DNA of 63,764 nt, the filler included, from Guillardia theta CCMP2712 (taxonomy: Eukaryota > Protista > Cryptophyta), in assembly GCF_000315625.1 (NCBI RefSeq). It is 6 parts of 6 records of this genome, joined end to end, with 100 filler letters (N's around TTAATTAATTAA, not from the genome) between each part and the next. Parts side by side here need not be neighbours in the genome. Positions count along the whole stretch, not along the records: positions 1 to 17,757 come from NW_005434339.1; 5 more parts are not named here. The stretch is one strand, 5' to 3'. The notes under the pieces are model-generated. The model was not told the origin of the DNA, did no database searches, and worked only from the letters and a program-made list of their open reading frames with translations. Positions 1 through 13,485 of this stretch are shown one piece after another (within the stretch, counting starts at the first letter, position 1; the number at the start of each line of letters is the position of its first letter). A program made the translations under genes and the position numbers.

Positions 1-250
1 TCTCCATCATCATCATCTTCATCTTCATCAACATCTCCATCATCATCATCTTCAACTTCTTCTTCGTCTTCTTCTTCTTCTCCATAATCATAATCCTCTC
101 CATCATCATCATCATCGTCGTCGTCATCATCATCATCATCATCGTCATCATCATCGTCGTCGTCATCATCATCATCATCATCAACATCAACATCAACATC
201 AACATGAACATGAACATCATCAACATCATCATCATCATCATCATCATCAT
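1..250. repeat. Compound (CAT/CGT/CAA/CTT)n microsatellite, probably intronic
   Basis: Direct reading: long imperfect CAT runs interspersed with CGT, CAA and CTT triplets. Confidence 0.9.
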
Positions 251-285
251 CTCTGTCTTACTTTGACTGTCCTTCCAATCACCAG

Positions 286-1905
<1,620 letters not shown>

Positions 1906-1961
1906 TGCCGCATGTGCGTCAATGACATGAGGAGAGGAGGAAGAGACCGAGGAAGAAGAGA

Positions 1962-1992
<31 letters not shown>

Positions 1993-2247
1993 CAAAGGAG
2001 GGAGAGAGAAGGGATGGGGACAAGGAAGGGAGAGAACGGGGAGGAGGGAGAGAGGAAATGGAGGATAGGGACATCGGGGGAGGCGGAGTTGAGTTGCAGG
2101 GAGGAGGGGGGAGGAGACGGGAAGGCGGAGGAAAGGAGTCACCTTTAGAGAGAGTGCACTAGCAACTTGAAAACGAGCTGGCAGCGTGCGGTCAGGGTGT
2201 TGCGATCAAAGTTTATAGCGAGGAGAAGATTCGTGAGCAAAATGAAA

Positions 2248-2325
<78 letters not shown>

Positions 2326-3077
2326 AAGGAATAGCGAAAAGACTCCCATCCTCCTACCTTGACGAAATGTTGCCAAACCCTTGGAAGTTTGAATACAGTG
2401 AGAGTGTAGGCCCTGATTGACAAACTCAACAGGGGAAGAGGCATGATCTAGAACGATGTTGAGAGACATATGACAAATGGTTCACAGACATTGCAGCATT
2501 CTGAATCGTTTCTTGCCCTGCTCTGTCTGTCTAGAAGCACAGACACCAAACAGCAAGAAATGTTTGTGTCAGACCACAACTGCACCATCGCACGACATGT
2601 ACAACAGTACAATCAATCCTCGGAAACTCTTGTCAATCAACCGGACATGAACTGTTTGAATGCTTCTCTTCAACTCACTTCTCCCTCCCTCCTCTCTCCT
2701 CACTCACTCCTCTTCCTCCCGTCCAACCATTCCATCCTTCCCTCACTCTTCTCTTCACTGCTCCTCTTCTAGCACACGTTTGTATCGCATCCTCTCCTCT
2801 CTCCTTCTCTCTTGACTTCTCCTCTCTTCTCTTCTCCTTACCTGCATTGGCGCATACGCTGCCGCCACCCCAACCAGCATTGCGATTCCGCCCGCTCTCA
2901 GCATGCTTTGGGGGCCGCACGTACCACCCCACATCTCCCCTCAGGCCCTGGGGCGCGCCGGTGGTACCTGCGGTGGTACTGCCGGTGGTACTACGTTACT
3001 GAAGGGGTCGGCCCGGTCGGCCGCAGGCCCGGGGCCCGCCGGGGTGCTTCTCTACTTCAAGTTACTAGCCGCTTCAG

Positions 3078-3327
3078 TGCAAGGCCGAGAGACCATCCAG
3101 CGCTGCCGTTTCCCGGTCACCCTTGTTCGCCGAGCGATCCGCCACGGTTATGTTGAGGCAACTGATCAGAGCCTCACTGCCATAGCATGCCATGATGTCA
3201 GCGGCACCAAACGCATCATCCGATCCTGAAAGAGTGCAAAACGTATGACATGCTGAAGTCCAGGCGTTAACCCATCCCATCCGCCTCCAGTAGCCTGCTG
3301 TGTAACTTAACTTAACTTTGAGTAAAA
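3078..3327. mobile_element. Decayed retroelement relic: inverted coding fragment followed by the recurrent end motif TAACTTAACTTTGAGTAAA
   Basis: The reverse complement of about 3078-3135 matches 38394-38434 (GGCGAACAAGG..AAACGGCAGCGCTGGATGGTCTCTCGGCCT). The end motif is at 3303-3327. Confidence 0.55.
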
Positions 3328-3506
3328 TCTGTAGCGGGCCTGTTGATCTGCTCAGCGGCTCGGAGGCCCAGCTCGCCGCCTGAGGCTCCTCCGACTGGCG
3401 AGTCACAACGGTTTGACCGTTACACCTGCCGTTGCGAGGGATCAAATTTTGACACATGACGACAGCGGGCGGCTGCGATCGACGCTGAACTCTCCTCGGT
3501 CAGTAG

Positions 3507-3733
<227 letters not shown>

Positions 3734-3935
3734 TGGCCACGTTGAAGGGCAAGGGCCGGGAGGAGATGAGGATGATAAAGACAAGGACGAAGAACGGTGG
3801 ACGAGGACGAGGAGACTCTGAGGGAGCCTAGCGTGAAGGCAAGTTGAAGAACGTCAGACGAGTGTCGGATCCGTCTTGGAGGGCGTGGGCCAGGGAGGCT
3901 GAGAGCCGCAAGGATCAGCGTGCTGCTCCTGGAAG

Positions 3936-5860
3936 ATGAGCCTTGCCAGCGACATGTGGAGGGCAGGACGAGCCAGGAGGACGCAGGAGATGGTGCAGGA
4001 GGAGACGAGGAGGAGCGATCTTAGCTTCCTTCACTTGGACGCGCTCAAGTCAGCATTGTCGAGTCCTCGTGATAGACCCTGGAACAGCACACCCTGGCCC
4101 CCGCCACCGCAGCGCGAGCCCTCCTTCTATCCTAAGCGCCGGATGGAGGAAGTAGGAATGATGAGGAAACGAATGGAAGAGATGTACAGGGAGAGGTACG
4201 AACAAGCAACCAGCTCCGTTGACCGACTTGTTCGCCTTGTGAGGACACTATCGATCCCTCTGACTCTCATCGACTGACGGATCTCCAGGTCAACAACCAG
4301 CCTGACCCTCTAGCGTTCTATCCTCCCATTCACAAAGCGCCTCCCCTACCATCGGTCAACCCGTCTGACTCCTTGTACAAGGCAGCATATGAGAACATTC
4401 TGAGAGCAAACGCGATCTTCTCAGAGGAGGCAGAGCGGATGAAGGCAATCCTGAATGATCCTGCTAGGAGCAGCAGCTGGGCCAGCCAGCCGTCTCCCCG
4501 CCAGCCGGACACAAGGAGGGTAACGGGTGAGCAAGGGACGAGCAGGTACCGAGGTACCCAGGGGTCGGATGTGCCAGCGTCCGATGCTCCGCCATGGAGC
4601 AGCGAGAGGAGAGTTGACTTCTCGCCTCGTCTACAGTCGGGTACGTGTCATGCGCGTTCCTTGAGGAGCGCTGAACCTTGTGAGAAGGTGGTGAAGGGAC
4701 TGGGACGAAGCCTGCGGAAGGGGAAGCAGTGAACCCGAAGTCGGATGTCTCCGATGTGATAGCGGACAGGACAAGACAGAGGGTGCAGCAGGAGGTGAGG
4801 GAACGGATCAGGAAGGCAGCAGCAGCGAGGAAGGAGCCGTCGCCTCCTCGCCCTCGCAACTCTCCTCGCATTAGCCCACCTTTGCACCAGGACAGAAACA
4901 ATTTCGAGCTCAGCCACATCATGCGCTTGCAGTACCCCAGCCAACCTCTGCCAGGACTGCACCTGCACCAGCACCAGCACCAGCACCAGCACCAGCACCA
5001 GCACCAGCACCAGCAGGAACGGTCGGAGGTCTTCAAACTGTCTGAGGAGACGTGGGGAGGGAGGGCGGGGCAAGAGGAAAGATACCTAGGAAGGAGCTCT
5101 AACCTATTCCCCGGTGGCAACTCCCTCCCCTCCCTTGCAGAGGCAGCGGAGGAGCAGGTCCCCTGGAGCAGCATAGAATATCAGAGCCGCACTCTGAACC
5201 CTCCTCCTTCTCCTCCTCCTCCTCTTCCTCCTGCGCCTGCTCCTCCTCCTCCCTTTTCACCCTACACTGCTCAACAGCAACCTGTCATAGCCCTCCATTC
5301 GCAGGATCACATGGACCGAGCAGGGCGAGGAGAGGAGCCTCCCCGTCCTGCGCCAACCCAGGGCAGCGCTGAGAAGATCGTCGCCTTCCAACAGGAAGCC
5401 AACAGAGAAAGTCTGGCGGTACCGCAGTCCTCCTCGGAGGTGAACTCGTTGCTCGCTCCTCCTGCAAAGTGACGGACGAGACAGGCTCCCAAGTTCCGAA
5501 CGCTCATCACTTCCAAGATCCCTGAGATAGGATGGAGCGCGGACCAGAGCGAGCTCACAGACACGCCAGAGGACGAGGACGAGGACGAGGACGAGTTTGA
5601 CTTGGACGAGGACGAGGAACATGAAGCGAGGGACCTTGCGAGCATTCATGAGTTCCTCACTTTCAAGCACTACGTGAAGATTATCAGGCAGAAGGAGCTC
5701 GTCCCGCAGGTAGCTGTTTTGACAGAGAAATGTGTTGACGCGAGCTGTTTTGACAAGCGATGTGTTGACTAGCTGCTACTTGACTCGAGCATGCAGATGT
5801 TCTCGCTGCACGAGGCAGTTACAGCCTTCCATGAATTCTCACAGTTCCATGCGGTGCGTC
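3936..5860 (+). CDS. Multi-exon hypothetical protein (low complexity, Pro/Gln/His-rich)
   Basis: Chain of overlapping + strand ORFs (3936-4277, 4373-4732, 4729-5472) with plausible GT-AG introns; no recognisable domain. Confidence 0.45.
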
Positions 5861-6336
5861 TCGCAGTCTACACGCGGGAGGAAGAGGAGGAGGAGGGGGG
5901 GGGGGATGTAAGGGGATAGCGCGGGACAACACGGGCAGCTGGAGGAAAGGAGGGATGACGAGGGTTCAGAGAGCAGAGGACAAGAAGGACAAGACTGCAG
6001 CAGGAACAAGTCAAAGGAGGAAGAGGAGGGGATACAAGCAGGAGGAGGGAGAAGACGGGGAAGATGACCTTAACGTGCAGGAATCCGGTCGGGACGAGAA
6101 GACACTGAGCGTGACAGACTTCCAGAGTTTGCTGGAGCTGCTGCTGGAGTGATTGCTGGATAGCAGGAAGGCGCTGCTTTGGGGTGGGGTGGGGTGGGGT
6201 GGGGGGAGATGGATAGAGATATTTCAGAGCAGAAAACTTCCAGGTGTTCGATTCAGTATTCATGGTATAAATGTACAGCTGCTAAAGTACATGATGTAAA
6301 CAAATTAACAATGTCGTTGATCTCCCCGTCATGCCT

Positions 6337-7527
6337 TCACATCCTATCAGACGCGTCGACTTTCCCTCCTTGAGCAGGATTGTTCATAGCCTGCTGGATG
6401 TTGTTCCAGAAAGCCTGTTGAGAGGACAACCGTCAGCGCAACAATCGCAGCAAACTCTCTTCTCCTCTCACCTCCTCTGCATCGTCCGCGAAGTCTGAGG
6501 AGTGGGGGATCCAGCTAACGTCAAGGTTCCATCCTGCAGCAACAACGTCAGCTCCTGCTGCTTGCACAACATCCAAACTCTTACCACCCTCCCTGTTGCC
6601 GCAGCTCTTCCTCTCCCCCACCGGTTGGGGCTGGGGGTCGACGGGGTGCGGATCAGGCTTGACCTCAACCGTGCTGGCATCCAACGAGGACCCTTGACGT
6701 GCGGACGGGTGGGAGGAGGGGGGGGGAGCTCTTCCTTCCTCCTCCTGCTTTGCATCCTCCTTACTCTCCGAGATCGACTTCCTCTTGGGGCCAGGGTTCC
6801 TGCTCTTGAACGGCCATTTCTCGATCCCGAGGCGCCGGCAGGCCTTGCGGATCGCGCTGGGACAGATCTTGAGCTTCGAGGCCACTTCGCTCAACGGCAT
6901 GCCGTAGAGGCCTTCAAGAAGCTTCTTGGTTATCACTACAGGCTCGTCCTTGTCCGAAGACTGGGCAGCTGCCGCTGCTTTCTTCTTTCTCGGGCAGACA
7001 AGGAGGGATCGCGAGCCAGTTCCTTGGTCGGTGACTTCATCCATCTCTTCGAAGTCCGACGTGTGCTCAGAGCTGCAGCAGAGTCAGCCTGTAGGAGTTC
7101 AGCAACAAGAGATGAAACCTGGTGCAAGAAATCGCGGAGGAGGCGTCTTCCTTGTTTGCTTCTCTCGCCATGGCATCGGCGGCCGACACGTGAGCGAGCT
7201 CGGGGTGCGAGAAGGGGATGAAAGACATGCTTTCTCTCAGAACGTCAAGGTTGATCTTGTCATAAGTCTCGAAATGTCCCGAGTCGAACTTGCAAGCTTC
7301 TTGGTGAGCGTTGATATGCTCCATCTGAAAGAACATGAAGTCTGGGGTAGGAGAAGGGAGAGATGTCGGGGAGGGAGGGATGAAGAAGAATGAAGGATGC
7401 GAACAAAGTGAAGTGAGGTACGAGCTCTCAGGCACGGGCAGCGCGGGTGGTGTCGGGGGGAGAAGGAGTCGGATGCATTGGCAGCAGCAGGTTTGGGTTT
7501 TATAGTGTCGGAGGGACGCGTCGACAT
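6337..7527 (-). CDS. RWP-RK domain transcription factor (multi-exon)
   Basis: ITKKLLEGLYGMPLSEVASKLKICPSAIRKACRRLGIEKWPFK is an RWP-RK motif. A 46-nt GT-AG intron (7118-7073) joins ORF 7067-7435 in frame to ORF 6433-7044. The likely last exon ends at TGA 6337. Confidence 0.85.
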
Positions 7528-9399
7528 GGGGTTGGAGGAATCAGAGGGTGGGTAGTAGGTGTGTATTTTCACAGATAGCCATCTAAATATGGGTAGGGTC
7601 CATTGTATACCGGGTATTTTTAGAGAATATTTTGGTTATCAAAGGGGGTTATTTGTGATTGAAGGTTTGGTATAAAGGGTAGGGGTGTAAGAAGAAGGGG
7701 TAGGGATCATCACAGGAAGCAATCTACATGGGTGGGGTGTGCATCTGAACTCAACAAGTCGGAACACCCAAAGAAAGTTGGCGATCAAAATCAATGAAGT
7801 ACCCCCACCCCCTTGATGACCATGAGCGCAACTTCACTGAAACTATAGAAGTAAAATCATGGTCAAATACCCGTTCTTTTGAGTTGAAAAAGGGTGGAGA
7901 TGGGTACCAAATTTGAAAAGTGTACCATTCAGGACACCAACTCTGATGACAATATACTACCCCACCCTGAAGGTCAAAAGATCCGCCAACCTTCGGAACA
8001 AGAGATCTCGAGATGGTCACGAAAGCTCCATGGCAGCTACACATACTATCTTTACAACATATGTTTAACTGGAATGAAATCACTCCTTTTCTCTAGCAAT
8101 CCAACGGCTTGGTCATGGCTAGACTTGAGGCCTGGCTTCTTCGAGCTACGATAACCCCTGATTAAAGCGTGATTCAAGGGGTACCCAAAGCCCGTGCCTG
8201 GAGAGAAATTCCGCGAAAGGGCGCTGACTTTACTACATAGATGCTGACATAAGCTAGAGAAGATGCTGAACCAAAAAATTAAAACGAGTAGTTCATGGGT
8301 GGTAGGGAATACTTGAAGGGGGGGTACTATCAGTCTTCTAGAGCTTTATACCACGGTGGGTAGGAGGGGTACGTAATTACTTGCCCTGACATTGGAAGGC
8401 CATGACCATCATGATACGTCGCTGACAAGGAAGATTGCGATATCAACTGTTTTCGATGTTCAAATTGGTCGTAGCAGCACCTCCAGGTTGAATCGATGTT
8501 TAAATACATCGTTNNNNNNNNNNNNNNNNNNNNNNNNNNNNNNNNNNNNNNNNNNNNNNNNNNNNNNNNNNNNNNNNNNNNNNNNNNNNNNNNNNNNNNN
8601 NNNNNNNNNNNNNGAGGGAGAAGAGAGGGAAGAGGAAAGGAGGCCTGCTTGATGAAAATGATAGTGTTGAGGAAGCACAAGAATGGTAGAACAAGTTCCA
8701 CATCAAAACGTCAATGTCGTCAATGTCTTGATTTGACTAGGGCCGATGTTTGTTGTGGTTGATTTTCAGCTATCAAGAATTTTCAGTTCCTCCTCCCGTT
8801 TCCTTCTTTCTCTTCTCCCTCCCCTGTATTCCGTATGACTCCTACCCATCTGCACGCTCTATACCTCCCTACCATTCAGATTCCTTCGCCCTCAATGCTA
8901 GCTATTCGATGTTGTTTGGTGAGCTTACTGCTCTGCCTTGCAGTTTGTAGATCATAAACCCCGCCCCCCCTCCCCCCCCCCCCTGATGACTAGAAGTTCT
9001 TACGAGTTTCGATGTGCCTGCGTGTTGAGCGATTGCTCAGCAAATGCTCTGCCTTTTCTTGTATATGAATATCACGTTACATCTCAGCCACTCCAGAGTT
9101 TGTCACGGTGCTGCCTACAAAAAGAGTCCTGTCCCGTGCACACGGTGACCTCAAATACGATCCCTTGCTAGTGCGTGCAATGCAAGGTTATTACATCTTG
9201 TTCAGGTTTGGTTGTCGGCTCTAGGGAACAGGGAAGGAATGTCAATCGTACCTGCTGGTAGGAAGGGGAGGGGGAGGCGGGGGGAGAAAGGAAGGGGGTG
9301 GGTCTCGCCAGCTCCTCCTTGCCCGCCTGTGGGTGTCCTCTCCCTCCGCCCTCCCTTCCGAAACCCGCAAAGTAGGCGCAAACAGGAGCGAGGCAGCTT

Positions 9400-12300
9400 T
9401 GACACTTAGAACATCATGCTAAATAGAAAATGACAACCGGCCAAGTCCTCCCTCAGCCCTCCTCCCCCCTCATAACAATCCCCTCCTTCCCTGCTCCTTC
9501 CCCTGTCCTTCCAGCTGCCCATCAGCTCCATGATCAGCTCCGGACTTCTCTCCTTCTGCTGAGATCCTGCGATCTGTTGGAGTTCGCGGGGAGGGAGGAG
9601 TGTTAGGTGGGCCTCAGCTGGGGAGCACAGCGTTTCCAACGATCCGCATCCTGCAGTGGCGTCAGAGTTGGGCAGTGCCGGGGAGAACGAGCTGGTGGGA
9701 AGGAAGAACACGAAGAATCTTGATAAGAGGAACACGAGGATGAGTGCGAGGGGAGGGAACGAGAAGTGTTGAGGGTACAGAGCAGGACCCGAGCTAGGGA
9801 GAGGAAGGCACAGGGGAGGACGGCAGCAATGTGCCATATGCTACCTCCTCTCCGACGTCAGCAGCCTTGGAGACTGAGGCCTCGTGATCTTGACGTGCTT
9901 CTTGGGGGTCGAGGAGGAGTCCCTTTGACTAGAAAGTGAGTAGAGAGGTCGAGATAGCGATGGGAGGCACCCGAAGAGCGCTTGTGGGATGATGCCGAGA
10001 TGGTCGCGGGTGACGTCTGGTGGAGGAGTCAGGAAAGGGGAGAGAAGAGCTGGAGTCGTAGAGGATAAGAAGATACTGGAAGGATGGAGCTGGACCTCAG
10101 GAAGGGGGAGGACCGATGAGAACGAGGAGGGGAGTGACCCGGAAGAGCGGGAAGAGCAGGAGAATGGGAAAGGAAGACGATGGCAAAGATAGGAGCGGGT
10201 GCAGGACAGCACAGGAGGAGGAGGAGGAGGCGGAGGAGGAGGAAGCAGACTGCGTACCACGAGAGTCGGAGAGGATGCTGTCTTCGGTCGAACTATCCCT
10301 CCACTTCCAACCGCATGAGACTCCGGCACATCCCACCGCTCCCCTTACCCTCTCTCTTCCTTCCGCCTGCTCCGCGAGCAGCCGAGCAACGACGCCTTCC
10401 AAGCTGCAGGAAGCAACCATATGATTCAGGAGAGGAGAGGAATCGGAGGAGAAGCGAGGGAGAAGAGAGAGGAGAAAGAGCAAGGGAGCCTGAGGACGAG
10501 GACAAGAGCGTAGGGGAGGACAGGAATGAGGACTAGGGTAAGAGAAGGAGGATAATGACAAAGGGGAGGAGAAAATCACCGCAGACAGTCTTGCTTGAGT
10601 CTCTCGCGCTCCTCCTTCACCTTCGGGAGCAGGAGATGAGGAAACAAGTGCAGAAACTTCATCCGCTGACCTTGAGGAGATACTGGATCTTCTGCTTCGC
10701 GTTCCTGTGCCCGCACAGCTGCGCGTTGATCTCTGCCACCTTCCCGTGGGATCAGAGAGAGGTAGGAAACAGAAAAGATGATAGAGAAGTCAAGGTGAGA
10801 TAGGCAAAGGGAGCAGGCAAGGGAGCAGGCAAGGAAGGAGGGAGGAGACAAGGGAGGGGAGAGCAACAATGAGGGAGGGGGAGAGAAGGGAAGAGGGAAG
10901 GAAGGAGACAACGGAGGAGGCAAGGGAGCGTTTAGGGGTATCAGATGCGAGCAGGGGAGAATGAAGCAGTTTGATACTTCATCTCGCGCTTTGTTGGCCT
11001 CCTCGACCTCTGCCCTCCTCTGCGCTTCAGATGCAGACAGCTGGAACGATCATCAGGACACCCTCAGCTCGTGTAGCTCGTGACCTTCTCCGCCAGCTCC
11101 CTTCCTCGCTCCTGAGCCAAGGAGGGTGAGGGAGGAGGAGAGAGAGTTTGATATCAGAAGCAAGTCACCTCGCTCTTTACAAGTGCCGCCTGAAGCTCTT
11201 CGTTCCTCGCCCTGCTCAGGGAAATCAGAGAGGAGGGAATCAGTCACCTCCCCTTCCCCCTCCCCCTCCCCCTTCCCCTCCCCCTCCCCCTTCACCTCCC
11301 CCTCCCCCTCCCCCTCTGTCAAAGTGCTTCTAGTGCCAAGCTTGTAAATGGAGCTAGCTGCACGCTGCGGGGGCGGGGGCGGGGCGGGCAGTAGGACAGA
11401 AGTCAGGGCAGGACCTCAAGGCTTCAACTTCAATCATCGACGTCCCAAGTGAAGACTCTGACGGTGAAGTTTCAGCGCTCAGCCACTTCGATTGGCTCCG
11501 ACCTTTCTCCTTCACTATCGGGCGGAGTCTTACAAGCTCAGCAGTCGTCGTTTCCAACTGCCATGGACGGAGGTCATCTGACTTCGATGTTCGGCTACCT
11601 GGCTACGTTGGCGCGATGTTCCGCCAGCTGCCTCAAGCAATCTTCGTACTTGCCCTTCGCAACCGGTCAAGTCGATTCGAGAGGACTGCACCTGCCTTGA
11701 CGGCCATACCTGCAGTTCGCTCAAGTTTTGAGATTTTCCATTGAGATTTTGCTCCAGCTGTGGAGAAGGTCAGCAATGAATGCTGTCGAGAGGTACTTCA
11801 CGTCTGTGGGTCACCTCGTTCTTCAGCGAGATTTTCATGTCGCACTCCTCCTCCAACTTCAGCTGGAGACAAGAAACTTGTTGCTCCAGGTTCTGTTTCA
11901 AGTCTTACGACTTGTAGAAGCGGCAATATCCATCTCAAGACCTCAACTCGCTCGTTCAACACCTTGTTCTTGCCATTCTCAATCGTCCATGCCTTCTCCC
12001 ACTTCACGCCAACATCAGCACTTCGCCATCGCACCTACACTCCACTTGTACCTGTCTGGCGACGTCCGACTCACGTTGCACACGATCGGCCTGAATTTCA
12101 ACACATGAACGCGAAGAAGCGATGAAGGATGAGAACAAATCTTTAACAATCAACATTCATGTTGCAAGAAGCACCTTGATCATAAGGTCTTTCTTCAGGC
12201 TTTCCAGCTCACTTGTCAGTCTACCGTTCCTTCGCTCAACTCTTTCGGTGTCATCGTTACCATGACGTGACCTCCAACCACCATCGCAACACTCACTCGC

Positions 12301-12660
12301 ACAACTTGTCTCGGAAGGACTTCTTGATCATCACGATCTGCTTTCAGTCACTGTTGAAGCACGTATCTTGACACCCCAACACCTCCTGCTGCAGGAGCTC
12401 CACGTTGCCCTTGTTTCCACACAACTCAGTCACGCCCCGAGCCTCAACCTCCTCCAACCTGTCTGTGCTTCGCCAGCATCTCTGCCTCCATTCGAAGGAT
12501 CCTTGCCTGCGTCGTAGTGAACCATGCTCAAACAGCAACACATCCGTGGTTCACCTGCTCCAAAACCTCCTCTTGTTTGCCTGCTCCGCTTCCTCCTCCT
12601 CCTTTCACAAACTCTCGTTATCGCCTCACAATTTGACTCACGACTAGTCACCTGCTCCCT
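9400..12660 (-). CDS. Multi-exon hypothetical protein(s), partly coiled-coil; structure unresolved
   Basis: Short coding-like minus-strand segments (e.g. ADVGVKWEKAWTIENGKNKVLNERVEVLR) alternate with pyrimidine-rich introns. Confidence 0.35.
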
Positions 12661-12954
12661 GGCCTACCGCGATCCCCTGAACCAGATCTGGAAGAAACAG
12701 TCACAGAGAATGGAGAAGTCGAGGCCTTACCCTTCTTACGCGGGTGGGATGCGGGGAGCCCGACATTTGGCGTGCATCTGAATGCAGGGACGACATGTCT
12801 ACCTTCTGAAGAACACAAATGTTGACGGATGTTGTAATGGAAGTGCAAAAGCTCCCACTCATATCATCACCCTCCTCTCTCCTCCTGTCATTGCCTGCTA
12901 TCTTCTTCTACCATATCGGCCATCTAGTTGCACTTGTCTATATGCACAAGTAGA

Positions 12955-13485
12955 ATCTATCCTCATCAGTCTATCTTCATCAGTCTATCTGCATCAGTCT
13001 ATCCTCATCAGTCTATCTTCATCAGTCTATCTGCATCAGTCTATCTTCATCAGTCTATCTTCATCAGTCTATCTGCATCAGTCTATCTTCATCAGTCTAT
13101 CTGCATCAGTCTATCTGCATCAGTCTATCTTCATCAGTCTATCTTCATCAGTCTATCTTCATCAGTCTATCTGCATCAGTCTATCTGCATCAGTCTATCT
13201 TCATCAGTCTATCTTCATGAGTCTATCTGCATCAGTCTATCTTCATCAGTCTATCTGCATCAGTCTATCTGCATCAGTCTATCTTCATCAGTCTATCTTC
13301 ATGAGTCTATTTGCATCAGTCTATCTGCATCAGTCTATCTTCATCAGTCTATCTGCATCAGTCTATCTTCATCAGTCTATCTTCATCAGTCTATCTGCAT
13401 CAGTCTATCTGCATCAGTCTATCTTCATCAGTCTATCTTCATCAGTCTATCTTCATCAGTCTATCTTCATCAGTCTATTTTCGTG
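12955..13485. repeat. 14-bp minisatellite CATCAGTCTATCT(T/G), about 37 copies
   Basis: Direct reading: the unit alternates between T and G at one position, with rare CATGAG variants. Confidence 0.95.

Noticed and set aside
7894-8300. Possible pogo-like transposase remnant (KIRQPSEQEISRW)
   Set aside because: Too short and degenerate; no catalytic motif or TIR found.
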